A stretch of 64,000 nt of DNA, taken from assembly GCF_009914755.1 (NCBI RefSeq), contig NC_060934.1. One strand, written 5' to 3'. Shown here in pieces: positions 42,430 to 64,000 of the stretch (position 1 is its first letter; every line of letters starts with the position of its first letter). The notes beneath the pieces are model-generated. The model did no database searches. It was not told where the DNA came from and was given only the letters and a program-made list of their open reading frames with translations. The stretch is from the human T2T-CHM13v2.0 reference genome, Homo sapiens. Position numbers and translations under genes: made by a program.

Positions 42430-43272
42430 TGAACTCCCAGCCTCAAGTGATTAGCCCACCTCAGCCTCCCAAAGTGCTGGGATTACAGATGTGAGCCACT
42501 GCACCCGGCCACAACTGCAATTTAAAAAATTTTCCTTAAACATTTCACAGGAAAGCTCTTTTTGCAAGGATTTAATTACCACAAGGATCAGGAGGAAATG
42601 CACAGGAATTTACTCATTTTACTCTCAGGTTGAGGACCACTATACACTATCTATGAATGTGTTTACAAACTTCAAGATGAGGATGATACCTTCCTCAGTT
42701 ACTGGAATTCTATGAAGAAAGCGAACCAATTCATGGACACTTTATTCAATGAGGGACTTTATAAAGATGTCGGGTGGGATAAGGAGGATAGTGAGTCTCC
42801 CCAGCCAGGTAGCCAGGTGTAGGCTCTGAGACTCAGTAGTGACAGGCTGGTGCAGGCCAGGGGCAGGGGCAGAGTGACAGCTTATAGAAGACTAAATGGC
42901 ATCTGCCTCTGTTCCCGCCAGTAGCTCTTCCTTTTCATTTTGTGAGACAGAAACTTCTCTGTCAGAGCTCTGTGACTTCATCCCACTCCACCCTCTGTTT
43001 GGGAAGAAATAGACACCAGACCCCTCATAGTCCTGTTCTTGGTGTAACACTCAAGCGCTTGCCTTCAATTATCTTTGGCTTCAGAAATCTATTTCTGGCT
43101 GGGTGCGGTGGCTCACAGCTGTAATCCCAGTACTTTGGGAGGCCAAGGTGGGTGGATCATCTTAGGTCAGGAGTTTGAGACCAGCCTGACCAACATGGTG
43201 AAACCCCGTCTCTACTAAAAATACAAAAATTAGCCAGGCATGGTGGCAGGTGCCTGTAATCCCAGTTACTCA

Positions 43273-43512
<240 letters not shown>

Positions 43513-44432
43513 TCATCTCACTGCTGAGTGTTGGACAGTGGGTGCAGGACAGTGGGTGCGGTGCACCGAGCGTGAGCTGAAGCAGGGCAAGGCATCGCCT
43601 CACCCAGGAAGCGCAAGGGGTCAGGGAATTCCCTTTCCTAGTCAAAGAAAGGGGTGACAGATGGCACCTGGAAAATCGGGTCACACCCACCCTAATACTG
43701 CACTTTTCCAATGGTCTTTGCAGATGGCACACCAGGAGATTATATCCCGCACCTGGCTTGGAGGATCCTATGCCCATGGAGCCTCGCTCATTGGTGGCAC
43801 AGCAGTCTGAGATCAAACTGCAAGGTGGCAGCGAGGCTGGGGGCAGGGCGCCCACCATTGCCGAGGCTTGAGTAGGTAAACAAAGCAGCCGGGAAGCTCG
43901 AACTGGGTGGAGCCCACCCCAGCTCAAGGAGGCCTGCCTGCCTCTGTAGACTCCACCTCTGGGGGCAGGGCATAGCCAAACAAAGGCAGCTGAAACCTCT
44001 GCAGACTTAAATGTCCCTATCTGACAGCTTTGAAGAGAGTAGTGGTTCTCCCAGCACGCAGCTTGAGATCTGAGAATGGACAGACTGCCTCCTCAAGTGG
44101 GTCCCTGACCCACAAGTAGCTTAACTGGGAGGCAACCCCCAGTAGGGGCAGACTGACACCTCACACGGCCAGGCACTCCTCTGAGACAAAACTTCCACAG
44201 GAATGATCAGGCAGCAACATTTGCTGTTCACCAATATCTGCTGTTCTGCAGCCTCCGCTGCTGATACCCAGGCAAACAGGGTCTGGAGTGGACCTCCAGC
44301 AAACTCCAACAGACCTGCAGCTGAGGGTCCTGACTGTTAGAAGGAAAACTAACAAACAGATAGGACATCCACACCAAAACCCCATCTGTACGTCACCATC
44401 ATCAAAGACCAAAGGTAGATAAAATCACAAAG

Positions 44433-45450
44433 ATGGGGAAAAAACAGAGCAGAAAAACTGGAAACTCTAAAAATCAGAGTGCCTCTCCTTCTCCAAAGGA
44501 ATGCAGCTCCTCACCAGCAGTGGAACAAAGCTGGATGGAGAATGACTTTGACGAGTTGAGAGAAGAAGGCTTCAGATGATCAAACTAGTCCGAGCTAAAG
44601 GAGGAAGTTCGAACCCATGGCAAAGAAGTTAAAAACCTTGAAAAAAAATTAGATGAATGGCTAACTAGAATAACCAATGCAGAGAAGTCCCTAAAGGACC
44701 TGATGGAGCTGAAAACCACGGCACAAGAACTATGTGACGAATGCACAAGCCTCAGTAGCCGATTCGATCAACTGGAAGAAAGGGTATCAGTGTTGGAAGA
44801 TCAAATGAATGAAATGAAGTGAGAAGAGAAGTTTAGAGAAAAAAGAATAACAAGAAATGAACAAAGCCTCCAAGAAATATGGGACTATGTGAAAAGACCA
44901 AATCTACATCTGATTGGTGTACCTGAAAGTGACGGGGAGAATGGAACCAAGTTGGAAAACACTCTGCAGGATATTATCCAGGAGAACTTCCCCAATCTAG
45001 CAAGGCAGGCCAACATTCAAATTAAGGAAATACAGAGAACACCACAAAGATACTCCTTGAGAAGAGCAACTCCAAGACACATAATTGTCAGATTCACCAA
45101 AGTTGAAATGAAGGAAAAAATGTTAAGGGCAGCCAGAGAGAAAGGTTGGGTTACCCACAAAGGGAAGCCCATCAGACTAACAGCTGATCTCTTGGCAGAA
45201 ACTCTACAAGCCAGAAGAGAGTGGGGGCCAATATTCAACATTCTTAAAGAAAAGAATTTTCAACCCAGAAATTTCATATCCAGCCAAACTAAGCTTCATA
45301 AGTGAAGGAGAAATAAAATCCTTTACAGACAAGCAAATGCTGAGAGATTTTGTCACCACCAGGCCTGCCCTAAAAGAGCTCCTGAATGAAGCACTAAACA
45401 TGGAAAGGAACAACCGGTACCAGCCACTGCAAAAACATGTCAAATGGTAA
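44433..45450 (+). pseudogene. L1 ORF1 (disrupted)
   Basis: ATGGGGAAAAAACAG (MGKKQ) at 44433, in-frame stops (ttcagaTGAtcaaacTAG ~44577-44588), a frameshift near 45270, and terminal TAA 45448-45450. Confidence 0.92.
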
Positions 45451-45513
45451 AGACCATTGAGGCTAGGAAGAAACTGCATCAACTAACGAGCAAAATAACC
45501 AGCTAACATCATA

Positions 45514-49361
<3,848 letters not shown>

Positions 49362-49864
49362 ACAATGAGAACACATGGACACAGGAAAGGGAACATCACA
49401 CACCCGGGCCTGTTGTGGGGTGGGGGGAGGGGGGAGGGATAGCATTAGGAGAAATACCTAATGTAAATGACGAGTTAATGGGTGCAGCACACCAACATGG
49501 CACATGTATACATATGTAACAAACCTGCATGTTATGCACATGTACCCTAGAACTTAAAGTATAATAATAATAATAATAATAAAGAAATCTCTATTTCTTT
49601 CTCCCCAGCCTGGTAATTAAATGAATAATTCAATAAAAGGAAAATATATTGGTCAAGCTTTTTGTGACGTCAGTAAAAGGCATACTTTCCAACCTTTTGT
49701 ATTCATCCAAACAAAGCTAATGCACTTTTAAAAATCCTATACTTGTTTTTTTTCAGACCATCTCGCTCTGTCGCCCAGGCTGGAGTGCAGTGGTGCAACC
49801 TCGGCTTACTGCAACCTCCGCCTCCTGGGTTCAAGTGACTCTCATGCCTCAGCCTCCTGAGTAG

Positions 49865-50101
<237 letters not shown>

Positions 50102-51108
50102 TAAACCTCAGGCAGACTGAGCTGTGCCACAATTTTAACACTAACTGATGAAGGCAGGATGCTTCTCCTGCTCAGCTGAGCATCCTGTCTCCCAAACTCA
50201 AAAAACTAAAATCCTGGAATCTTAGAACTGGAAGTGACCCTTGTCTTTGTGACTGTCCTTGAGCTCTGCTACCCATGAGTTTTGCCTCCAAAATTGTCCC
50301 TTTTATACGAAGTAGGACTCTGCGCAGCCAGAATTTTTTGTGTTACCTCTTTGTAATCAGATAGGGCACAACTGGCTGAGATTGTTGTCAGTATGTGGGT
50401 GTGGCTGGAAAAAAATACCCTCTGTGACCAATAGTTCTTTCTTCACTGTACACAGCTTTCATACTGTTTCTCATGAATAAAACATATTCACATGACATTT
50501 TGTACTTTTCCTTCGTTATTCAGTTTATGCAGATAGCCATTTCCTTTGGATAGTAAGAGAAGTGTCAGCTCTGTGTGGTAAACGATTGAGAAAAAAAGAG
50601 TCATGAAGAAGCTACAGAACTTGCTTAAGAGCACGTGGTGGGACCCTCTTAGAAATGGGAAGAAAAGGCAGGGAAGAAAAGACCTGAGGTCAGGAGTTCA
50701 AGACCAGCCTGGACAACATGGTGAAACCCTGTCTCTACTAAAAATACAAAAAAAATTCTTTTTTTGGGCGTGGTGGCACGTGCCTGTAACCCCAGCTACT
50801 CGGGAGGCTGAGGTATGAGAATCACTTGAACCCAGGAGGCAGAAGTTACAGTGAGATCGTGCCATTGCACCCCAGCCTAGGCGATGAGTAAACTCCATCT
50901 CAAAAAAGCAAAACAAACCAAAACAAAACAAAAAAAGAAATGGGAAGAAAGCAAAAGTCCTGGCCAGGCATGGTAGGTCACACCTATAATACCAGCACTT
51001 TGAAGGACTGAGGCAGGAGGATCACTTGAGCACAGGAATTCAAGACCAGCCTGGGCAACATAGAGAGAACCCATCTCTAAATACATAAAACTTTTTTTTT
51101 TTTTTTGA

Positions 51109-51323
<215 letters not shown>

Positions 51324-53240
51324 TGATCCTCCTGCCTCGGCCTCCCAAACTGCTGGGATTATAGGTGTGAGCCACCGCACCCAGCCCATAAAACATTTTT
51401 TAAAAACAAAAGCAAGAAAGAAAAAAGCAAAAGTCCTGGACTCTGGGTCTATAAACTAATTTGCTTTCTTCCTAAAAAGTCTGTTTACGTTCCAAGACAG
51501 AAGAAATTCCCAATAGCTTTCTTTTTGTGGAGCAAATAAATGGAAGATGGAAGGAGGGAAGACAGGAGAAAAAGAAAGAAGGGAGGAAAGGAGAGACAGA
51601 ATCAGATTAGTTTCAATTCAGACTTTTCACAAAAATACAAATTTTGGCCAAATTTTGAAAATATCAAGCATCTGCCGAGCGTGGTGGCTCATACCTGTAA
51701 TCCCAGCCCTTTGGGAGGCAGAGGCGGGCTGATCACCTGAGGTCAGGAGTTCAAGACCAGCCTGGGCAACATGGTGAAACCCCATCTCTACTAAAAATAC
51801 AAAAATTAGCTGGGCTGTGGTGGCACGCACCTGTAATCCCAGCTATTCAGGAGGCTGAGGCAGGGGAATCGCTTGAACTCAGGAGGCAAAGGTTGCAGTG
51901 AGCCGAGATCACATCACTGCACTCCAGCCTGGGTGACTCAAGGAGAGCCTGTCTCAAAAAAAAAAAAAAAAAAAGACATGAAAATATGAAGCATCAGTAA
52001 ATTGAACATGATACCTTCGTTTTTGTAGACCAAAGTGAATCACTTGGTAGATCACGCAGCAGTTCTGATCAATCTGGATAGAGTTGAGATAATGACATGC
52101 CCATCCTTAAGTGCGAAAGACACTGATGTCTCATTTAACCAGGTGGTGCCATCTCCAGTCACTGACCTTCTCTAAAGTGACTGCTTGGCACATACTGGTT
52201 GTTTCCATGGCCGAATTATTCCTATGCCAACTTGACTTATGAAATGCTTATGAGAAGTATAACAAATATTGTAAAGGCAGGGCACAGAGGCTCACTCCTG
52301 TAATCCCAGCACTTTGGGAGGCTGAGGTGGGTGGATCACTTGAGGTCAGGAGTTCGAGACCAGCCGGACAAACATGGTGAAACCCCGGCTCTACTGAAAA
52401 TACAAAAAATTAGCTGGGTGTGGTGGTGGGCACCTATAATCCCAGCTACTTGGGAGCAGAGGCAGGAGGATTGCTTGAACCTGGGAGGTGGAGGTCGCAG
52501 TGAGGCAAGATTGTGCCACCGCACTCTAGCCTGGGCGACACAGCGAGGCTCCATCTCAAAAAAAAAAATAAAAAAAATTGTAACAAAAGGCACAGACAGG
52601 TCAAGTGGGCTTTTTAAATTACACCTTCCTAATGTTTCTTTTCATGATGATAAGGTAGAAAACAAAGGTCGCCATGAGGATTTTCAAACCACCATTTGCA
52701 GGAGCACAAAAGAACAAAGATGTGTTTAAATATTAAAAATTTTCAAATCGAGCTAAGAAACAGTTAAATAAAATAAGAGAAAGATATATTCTTTCCCTTT
52801 CCCTTGACACATATGCCTTCATAACCTAGAAGGCTAGATTTGGGTTTAGAATTCTCAAGTTCCTGAGAGTCCCACACCAGAATGTGGTGGTGTGGGACGA
52901 GCTGGCCCCAGCACCAGCCTCCAGACCCCTTCACTCTCTGCCCCAGCTCTGTCCACACCAGGAGAGTTCTGATGCTCATTCATGTGAACTCTGCAGGTCC
53001 CATGTTTAAGTCTCATTCCACAACAATCAAGCAGCCACCCCCTTGGGTCTAGTGAGGTGTGCACAGGGGGTACAATACATCCTTGGGAGGACAGACCCAG
53101 GGAAGAGGTCCACGCAGGCTCTGGAAGTGGATCTGGGGACATTTGGGCAAGATATTTTGGGGTTCCAAGTTCCTAGTCTTTTGTGTGTATGTGTGTGTGT
53201 GTGTGTGTGAGACGGAGTCTTGCTCTGTCACCCAGGCTGA

Positions 53241-53402
<162 letters not shown>

Positions 53403-53519
53403 TAAGCTGGTCTTGAACTGCTGACGTCAGGTGATCCATCCACCTCGGCCTCCCAAAGGGCTGGAATTACAGATGTGAGCCACCACACCTGGCCTCTATT
53501 TGTTAATTTTTAATATCAA

Positions 53520-54190
53520 CTGTAGATGTTATCTTTTTAATATAGACAATCTCAAACTTTAGAGAAGTTGCAAGTACAGTTCAAAGAACCTTATCTTTTT
53601 CTGAACCATTTGAAAGCTAGTTGCCAGTTTAGCCCATCATGTTTGTATTCTTTCTTTCTTTTTATTATTATTTTCTCTCAAAAAGATAGAAACTCACACC
53701 TTTGCATTCTTTAGCGTGTGTTTCCAACAAGCATTCTCCTATATAACCACATTACAACCATAAACTCAGGCCTCGTTCAGTCGTCCCAAGAATGTCCTTT
53801 TTAGCAGAAGAATCCAATCTGGAATCATGCATTGCATACAGTCATCATGTCTCCTTAGTTGCCTTCAATTTAGAACAGTCTTTTCCTGACTTTCACAATC
53901 TTGACATTTCTAGCTTAATGGCCACTTGTTTTTTAGAACATCCCTCAATGTGGGCTTGACTAATGTATCCTCATGATGAGACTCAGCTTACGCATCTTTG
54001 TCAGGACTGTCACCAAGGCACCGATGCTGTGTTCTCACTGCATCCCATCCGGTGGCACGTGATTTATATTTGTCCCATTACTGGGGATAGTAATTTGGTT
54101 CAATTGATTAAGGTGGCGGAGGACGGGTACTTACTAATTATTTGGTGGGGAGATACTTTCCGACTATTGACTATCCTATTCTTCAGCAAA
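53520..54190 (-). mobile_element. L1MC-like 3' end fragment
   Basis: cattctcctatataaccac..., catgcattgcatacagtcatcatgtctccttag..., gtggggagatacttt. Confidence 0.65.
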
Positions 54191-54601
54191 TGGATGTCTC
54201 CTCACAGCACTTGGGATCCAGCCATGCACACCAGCTTCCCCTCCACATGGCTGCTCTCTTTACCCACCCCTGCCTGGTCGCTTCTCCCCTGCTTAGACTC
54301 CAGCACCTGATTTTAAGCACCACTCGTCCCCACAACCACTCCTGTCATGAAGACATCTACCTTGCTTACCATTAGGCTTTTGGATTAAAGTTGTTTATGA
54401 AGGGAAGAAGGGAAGGGCAGAAGAGGGAGGAAAGAGGAGGGCAGGAGAAGCAAGAGGAAAGCAAGAAGGGGAAGGAGTGAAAATGCAGAGGAAGAGAAAG
54501 AACAATATTGATTTACTTTCATAATGGAGAATATGGGAATAATCTGAATTAATGTTAATTCAACATTAGAAAACACTTCTTTTAAATCTGAAAAACAATA
54601 A

Positions 54602-54953
<352 letters not shown>

Positions 54954-55221
54954 TAAAATAAGCTCATACTATGATATCCACTTAATGTGGAAAAACTAAG
55001 AAAGGGATTTCTCTAGTTCATATGGCAAATGACCAGCTGAGCTAGGATAAAAAAAAAATTGTAGGGTGAAATCTGTTACTATCTTGTCTCTACTATCTTT
55101 GCCTGGCTAGTTTCTGCCTTTTGTTTAAAAATTATAGGTAGGATGGGTGCCGTGACTCACACCTATAATCCTGGCACTTTGGGAGGCTGAGGTGGGCAGA
55201 TCACTTGAGCCCATGAGTTCA

Positions 55222-55732
<511 letters not shown>

Positions 55733-57039
55733 TCACACGTGCACAATTTAAAAAGAAAAAAGAAAAATTATGTGTAGAGTTAGTGCTTATATAGCGTGAT
55801 TGAAGGCGACTTTGAGGTTCCAAATACCTGCTGGAAAAAAGCAATTCCCCTACACAGGTTGGGAAGTAAAACACCCCCAAAACCCCACAGTGGTATAGCT
55901 TCCAGTAAGTGTTTAAGTACACACATGGAGCTGGGCTGGAGGCACGAGCTCATATTTCCAGATACTCGGGAGGCTGAGGGGAGAAGATATCTTGAGTCCA
56001 GGAGTTCAAGTCCAGCCTGGGCAACAAAGTGGGAGACCCCATCTCTGAAAACAAAACAAAACAAAACAAACCACATCTATTGCCTGAAAGACAGCAGGCT
56101 TTTAAGATAGAGTCCTTTAAACATCTCCTGGCCAGGCGCGGTGGCTCACACCTGTAATCTCAGCACTTTGGGAGACCAAGGTGGGTGGATCATCTGAGGT
56201 CAGGAGTTCAAGACCAGCCTGGCCAACGTGGTGAAACCCTGTCTCTACTAAAAATACAAAAATTAGATGAGCATGGTGGTGTGTGCCTGTAATTCCAGTT
56301 ACTCAGGAGGCTGAGGCAGGAGAATTGCTTGAACCCCTTTGCAGTGAGCCGAGATCATGCCACTGCACTCCAGCCTGGGGTGACAGAGCAATACAGTAGC
56401 TTAAAAAAAAAAATCTATTGAGAAGGCTGAAGGCTGGGCACAGTGGCTCACACCCATAATCCTAGCACTTTGGGAGGCTGAGGTGGGAAGAACGTTTGAC
56501 CCTTGGAGTTCGAGACCAGCCTGGGTAACGTGGCCAGACCTCATCTTAATCAGCAAGGAAGGAAGGAAGGGAGGGAGGGAGGGAGGGAGGGAGGGAGGGA
56601 GGGAAAGAAGAAAAGAAAGAAAAAGAAAGAAAGAAAGAGAAAGAAAGAAAGAAGAAAGAAAGGAAGGAAGAAAGAAAGGAAGGAAGGAAAGAAGGAAGGA
56701 GGAAGGAAAGAAAGATAGATCTATTGAGGCAGGACATGGTGACTCATGCCTGTAATCTCAGCACTTTGTGAAGCTGAGGCAGGAGGATTGCTTGAGGCCA
56801 GGTGTTCAAGACCAGCCAGGGCAACATAGCGAGACCCTGTCTCTAAAAAACAAAAACTAAAAAAGTTAGTCATGTGTGGTGCTGCATGCCTGTAGCCCCA
56901 GCTACTTGGGAGGCGGGAGCATAACTTAAGCCCAGGAGTTCGAGGTTTCAGTGAGCTGTGAATACATCACTGCACTCCAGCCTGGGTGACAGAGGGAGAT
57001 TCTGTCTCAAAAGAAAAGGAAAGAAAAGAAAAGAAATAT

Positions 57040-57720
57040 CTATTGAATGCCTGCCTTGGGCCAGGTACTGCTAGGGAGATGGCAGTGAACTAGACAATCA
57101 TGGTACCGGTCCTCATAGAGCACCACAGTACAAATATGATGAATGTTACAAAAGCAGAAACCACAGGGGCTAGGAGAGGGTATAATACGGGAAGCTGACC
57201 TGGTAATCTTTTTGGAGACTTGAAGAAAAGAGGAATTAGCTAAGTGAAAAGTCAGTGGGAGAAGAGAGAGGAGGCAGCAGAGTGCTCTAGGCAGAGGGAA
57301 AAGTATACAGTGAGGCCCTAAAAGTAGGGCCTCACAGAAATAGAACTAGGAGAAGGGTGGCTAGCGGTAAGGTAAAGATATAAGCAAGGAGGGACCAGGA
57401 CATAGAGGGCCTCGCAAGCCATGGTAAGAAGTGTAGACTTTATCCCAAGGGCAATAGAAAACCAATGAAGTGTTTTAAGCAGGAAGGTGACACGCAGAAT
57501 TGCATTTTTAAAAGATCACTATGGATCTAGCATGGTAAATAGACTGTGGGGGCAAGGATAGACACAGGGGAGCCAGTTAGGAAGGTATTTCGGTAGTCTA
57601 AGTTGAGATACTGATAGCAGTGAAGTGGAGAGAAGAGGACAATCTGGAGACTTCGGAGTTAGAATTAACAGCACCTGGTGATTCAATGCAGGAGGAGAAA
57701 GCGTCAAAGATGATTCCTTA
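57040..57720 (-). mobile_element. L2 LINE fragment
   Basis: tattgaatgcctgcc...ggtactgctaggg, gccatggtaagaagtgtagactttatcc...caatagaaaaccaatgaagtgttttaagcagg, tgcatttttaaaagatcact. Confidence 0.7.
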
Positions 57721-57901
57721 CCTTTTCCTTGGTAGCGCTTTCAATTATGACTAAGTAGTTATTTGTGCAAGTATTTGTTTAGCTGCCTTCCCCACAAGAT
57801 TATAAACAACCCTAGGACAGGGATTTATCTTGAACATCTTACTTAGGTACATGCTGTAGCAGGGTGTGTGGCACATAGTGGTGTTTAAAAACGATGTGTT
57901 A

Positions 57902-58425
<524 letters not shown>

Positions 58426-58550
58426 TTAAGGCCGGGCATGGTGGCTCATGCCTGTAATCCCAGCACATTGGGAGGCTGAGGTGGGCAGATCACTTGAGGT
58501 CAGGAGTTCAAGACCAGCGTGGTCAACATGGTAAAACCCCGTATCTACTA

Positions 58551-58887
<337 letters not shown>

Positions 58888-59469
58888 TTAAGCGTGGTGG
58901 TGCATGTCTGTAGTCCAAGCTACTAGGGAGGCTAAGGTGGGAGGATGGCTTCAGCCTGGGAGGTGGAGGCTGCAATGAGTCATGATCACACCAGACCCTG
59001 TCTCAAACAAAACAAAACTGTTGGTTACATTGTATTTCTGGTTCTCAGCAACCGGGTTTATGGTGATATCACTCACTGAGTTTGGGACATGGAGAATGAA
59101 GAAGAGGTTTGGGGGATGAGTTTAGTTTTTTTTTTATTTTTATTTTTATTTTTTATTTTTACAGAGTCTCACTCTGTTGCCCAGGCTGGAGTGCAGTGGT
59201 GCAATCTTGGCTCACTGCAACCTCTGACTCCCAGGTTCAGCTACTTGCCTCAGCCTCCCTAGTAGCTGGGATGACAGGCGTGCACCACCACACATGGCTA
59301 ATTTTTTTTTTTTTTTTTTTTGTGAGACTGAGTCTCGCTCTGTTGCCCAGGCTGGAGTGCAGTGGCATGATCTTGGCTCATTGCAACCTCTGCCTCCCGG
59401 GTTTAAGCTTTTTTCAAGCTATTCTCCTGCCTCAGCCTCCCAAGTAGCTGGGATTATAGGCACATGCTA

Positions 59470-60573
<1,104 letters not shown>

Positions 60574-61283
60574 TAATGTGATCCCAGCTCACTGCAGCCT
60601 TGATCTCCTGGGCTCACGTGATTCTCTCACCTTAGTCTCCTGAGTAGCTGGAACCGCAGGCATAAGCCACCATGCCCGGCTAATTTTTTTTGTATTTTTA
60701 GTAGAGATGGGGTTTTGCCATGTTGCCCAGGCTGGTCTCGAACTCCTGGACTCAAGCAATCCACACACCTAGGTCTCTCAAAGTGCTGGGATTACAGGCA
60801 TGAGCCACCATGCTCAGCTTGATTTCATTCTTTTTTATGGCTGGAAATTTCTTTTTCCTTTTTTCCTGAATTGCCACAAAATCATAAGTTCTTTGAAGCC
60901 AAGGATAATGTCTAATTTATATTTGTATTAAAGTGGTTTGTCACAGTGTTAGAAAAGAAAAGGAATTTAGTAAGTACTTGCTGAATGAATGAATTTTAGA
61001 GACAGACTTAAGCGCCCTCTTCTAGATTACAATGATAGATGGAAATGTTAACAGAAATGAGTTCATGGTGTCCAGAAAAAAGTAACTAGAGAAAAGATGG
61101 GTAAAGACTAAGGGAAATGAGTCCAGGCACGGTGGATCACACCTGTAATCCCAGCACTTTGGGAGGCCGAGGCGGGTGGATCACCTGAGGTCGGGAGTTC
61201 AAGGCCGGCCTGGCCAACATGGTACAACCCCGTCTCTACAAAAATTAGCCAGGCATGATGGCGGGTGCCTGTAATCCCAGCTA

Positions 61284-61382
<99 letters not shown>

Positions 61383-62593
61383 TCAAAATAAACAAACAAA
61401 AAAAAGATTAAGGTAAATGAAGACTCATCTTTTTGGAGCTCCAGTCTTGGGTATATTTGAATTTGCCTCTAAGTCCCTTAATCCTCATTATCACAAATGT
61501 CCACTGAGAACAGCGCTTTGTAAGAAACACACACACACAAACATGTTTGTACTTCCCAAAGTGTGTTGAAAGGACAGCTTTCCTATCATCTCTTTATTTC
61601 TTAATCTTTCCTTATTTCTGAACTAACACACCTATTAATAAGAGTCTAGGCCAGGCGCAGCGGCTCATGACTGTAACCTCAGAACTTTGGGAGGCCGAGG
61701 GGGGTGGATCACCTGAGGTCAGGAGTTCGAGACCAGTCTGGCCAACATGGTGAAACCCTGTCTCTACTAAAAATAAAAAAAAAATAGCTGAGCGTGGTGG
61801 TGGGTGCTTGTAATCCCAGCTACTCTGGAGACTGAGGCAGGAGAATCGCTTGAAACCTAGGAAGCGGAGGTTGCAGTGAGCCAAGGTTGTGCCACTACAC
61901 TCCAGCCTGGGCAACAGAGCAAAACTCCACGTTAAAACAAAACAAAAATCTTACATGTACCCTGGAAATATTGTTTTCTGGGTAGAAATTTGGCTTTCTG
62001 TACTCTTGAGCTCAGATTTCTTTTCAAATCAACTTTAACCTCTTCTGAACCAGAAGATATGTAGTAGGAGGGATCACTAGGTGGTGAAAATGCTTTGGAC
62101 ATGGAGAATGCAGGTAGGAGACTCCTTCCCAACTACTTAGACTAGGAAGTTAAGGCCTTTGGGAAGCAAAGGATCTGAGAACTGGCTAGGCAGGCAACGT
62201 ACATGGCATGTGCAGGCTCCTGACTGCAGAACTTTTAGGATTCAAGGTCAATTTGAGACCACAAAGGTCAGAGATGTTGTGAGGGTCTGGTTTTCTGCAC
62301 CAAAGCCTTGGAAAGGCACTTTTCATGCCAACTTTTCCTGATCATTTAATTTTAAAAATGTTGAGAGCAGGGACAGAATCTGTACTTTCATTGCATTTCC
62401 CAAAGATAATCTAGTTAACAATGGGCTAAATGTACAAACAAACCTCCAGCGGTAAATGACACTTTAGGTTAATGTTTAACTTACTAACTCCTAGGAAATG
62501 AAGTGTCACCTTGTATTTTTATCACTGATTTTAAGGTTTAAAGCATTTCACACCAATGTTTTTTTTTTATTTCTTCCAATATCCCTATAACTA

Positions 62594-64000
<1,407 letters not shown>

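Noticed and set aside
49665-49672. Palindromic CRE TGACGTCA just after the L1
   Set aside because: An isolated 8-mer with no supporting promoter context; about one is expected by chance in 64 kb.

Overview
Primate (almost certainly human) genomic DNA with no intact protein-coding exon. Positions 1-~3060 are the distal 3' UTR of a + strand gene that I recognise from memory as SCD (stearoyl-CoA desaturase, 10q24), with tandem poly(A) signals. A CpG-rich, double-CCAAT promoter and first exon at ~11.3-12.24 kb fits the neighbouring lncRNA OLMALINC/LINC00263. Its predicted downstream exons are built inside a HERV-H provirus (19195-26676). The provirus 5' LTR carries a splice acceptor and lacks the AATAAA that the 3' LTR retains, and its gag gene is interrupted by a 1.08 kb L1-mediated retrocopy with its own poly(A) signal. 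The provirus sits inside a Charlie1-type DNA transposon, which sits inside a MIR. Also present: a solo LTR2 (14990-15451), a Y4 RNA pseudogene (36653-36745), a full-length decayed L1PA4/5-like element inserted in an Alu tail (43406-~49583), and a near-identical ~780 bp inverted duplication (59470-60251 / 62891-63674) with the junction anatomy of a recent inversion-duplication. The rest is dense Alu, old L1, L2 and MIR sequence, and almost all ORFs in the track are repeat-derived artefacts. Gene names and repeat subfamilies come from recall and were not checked by search.
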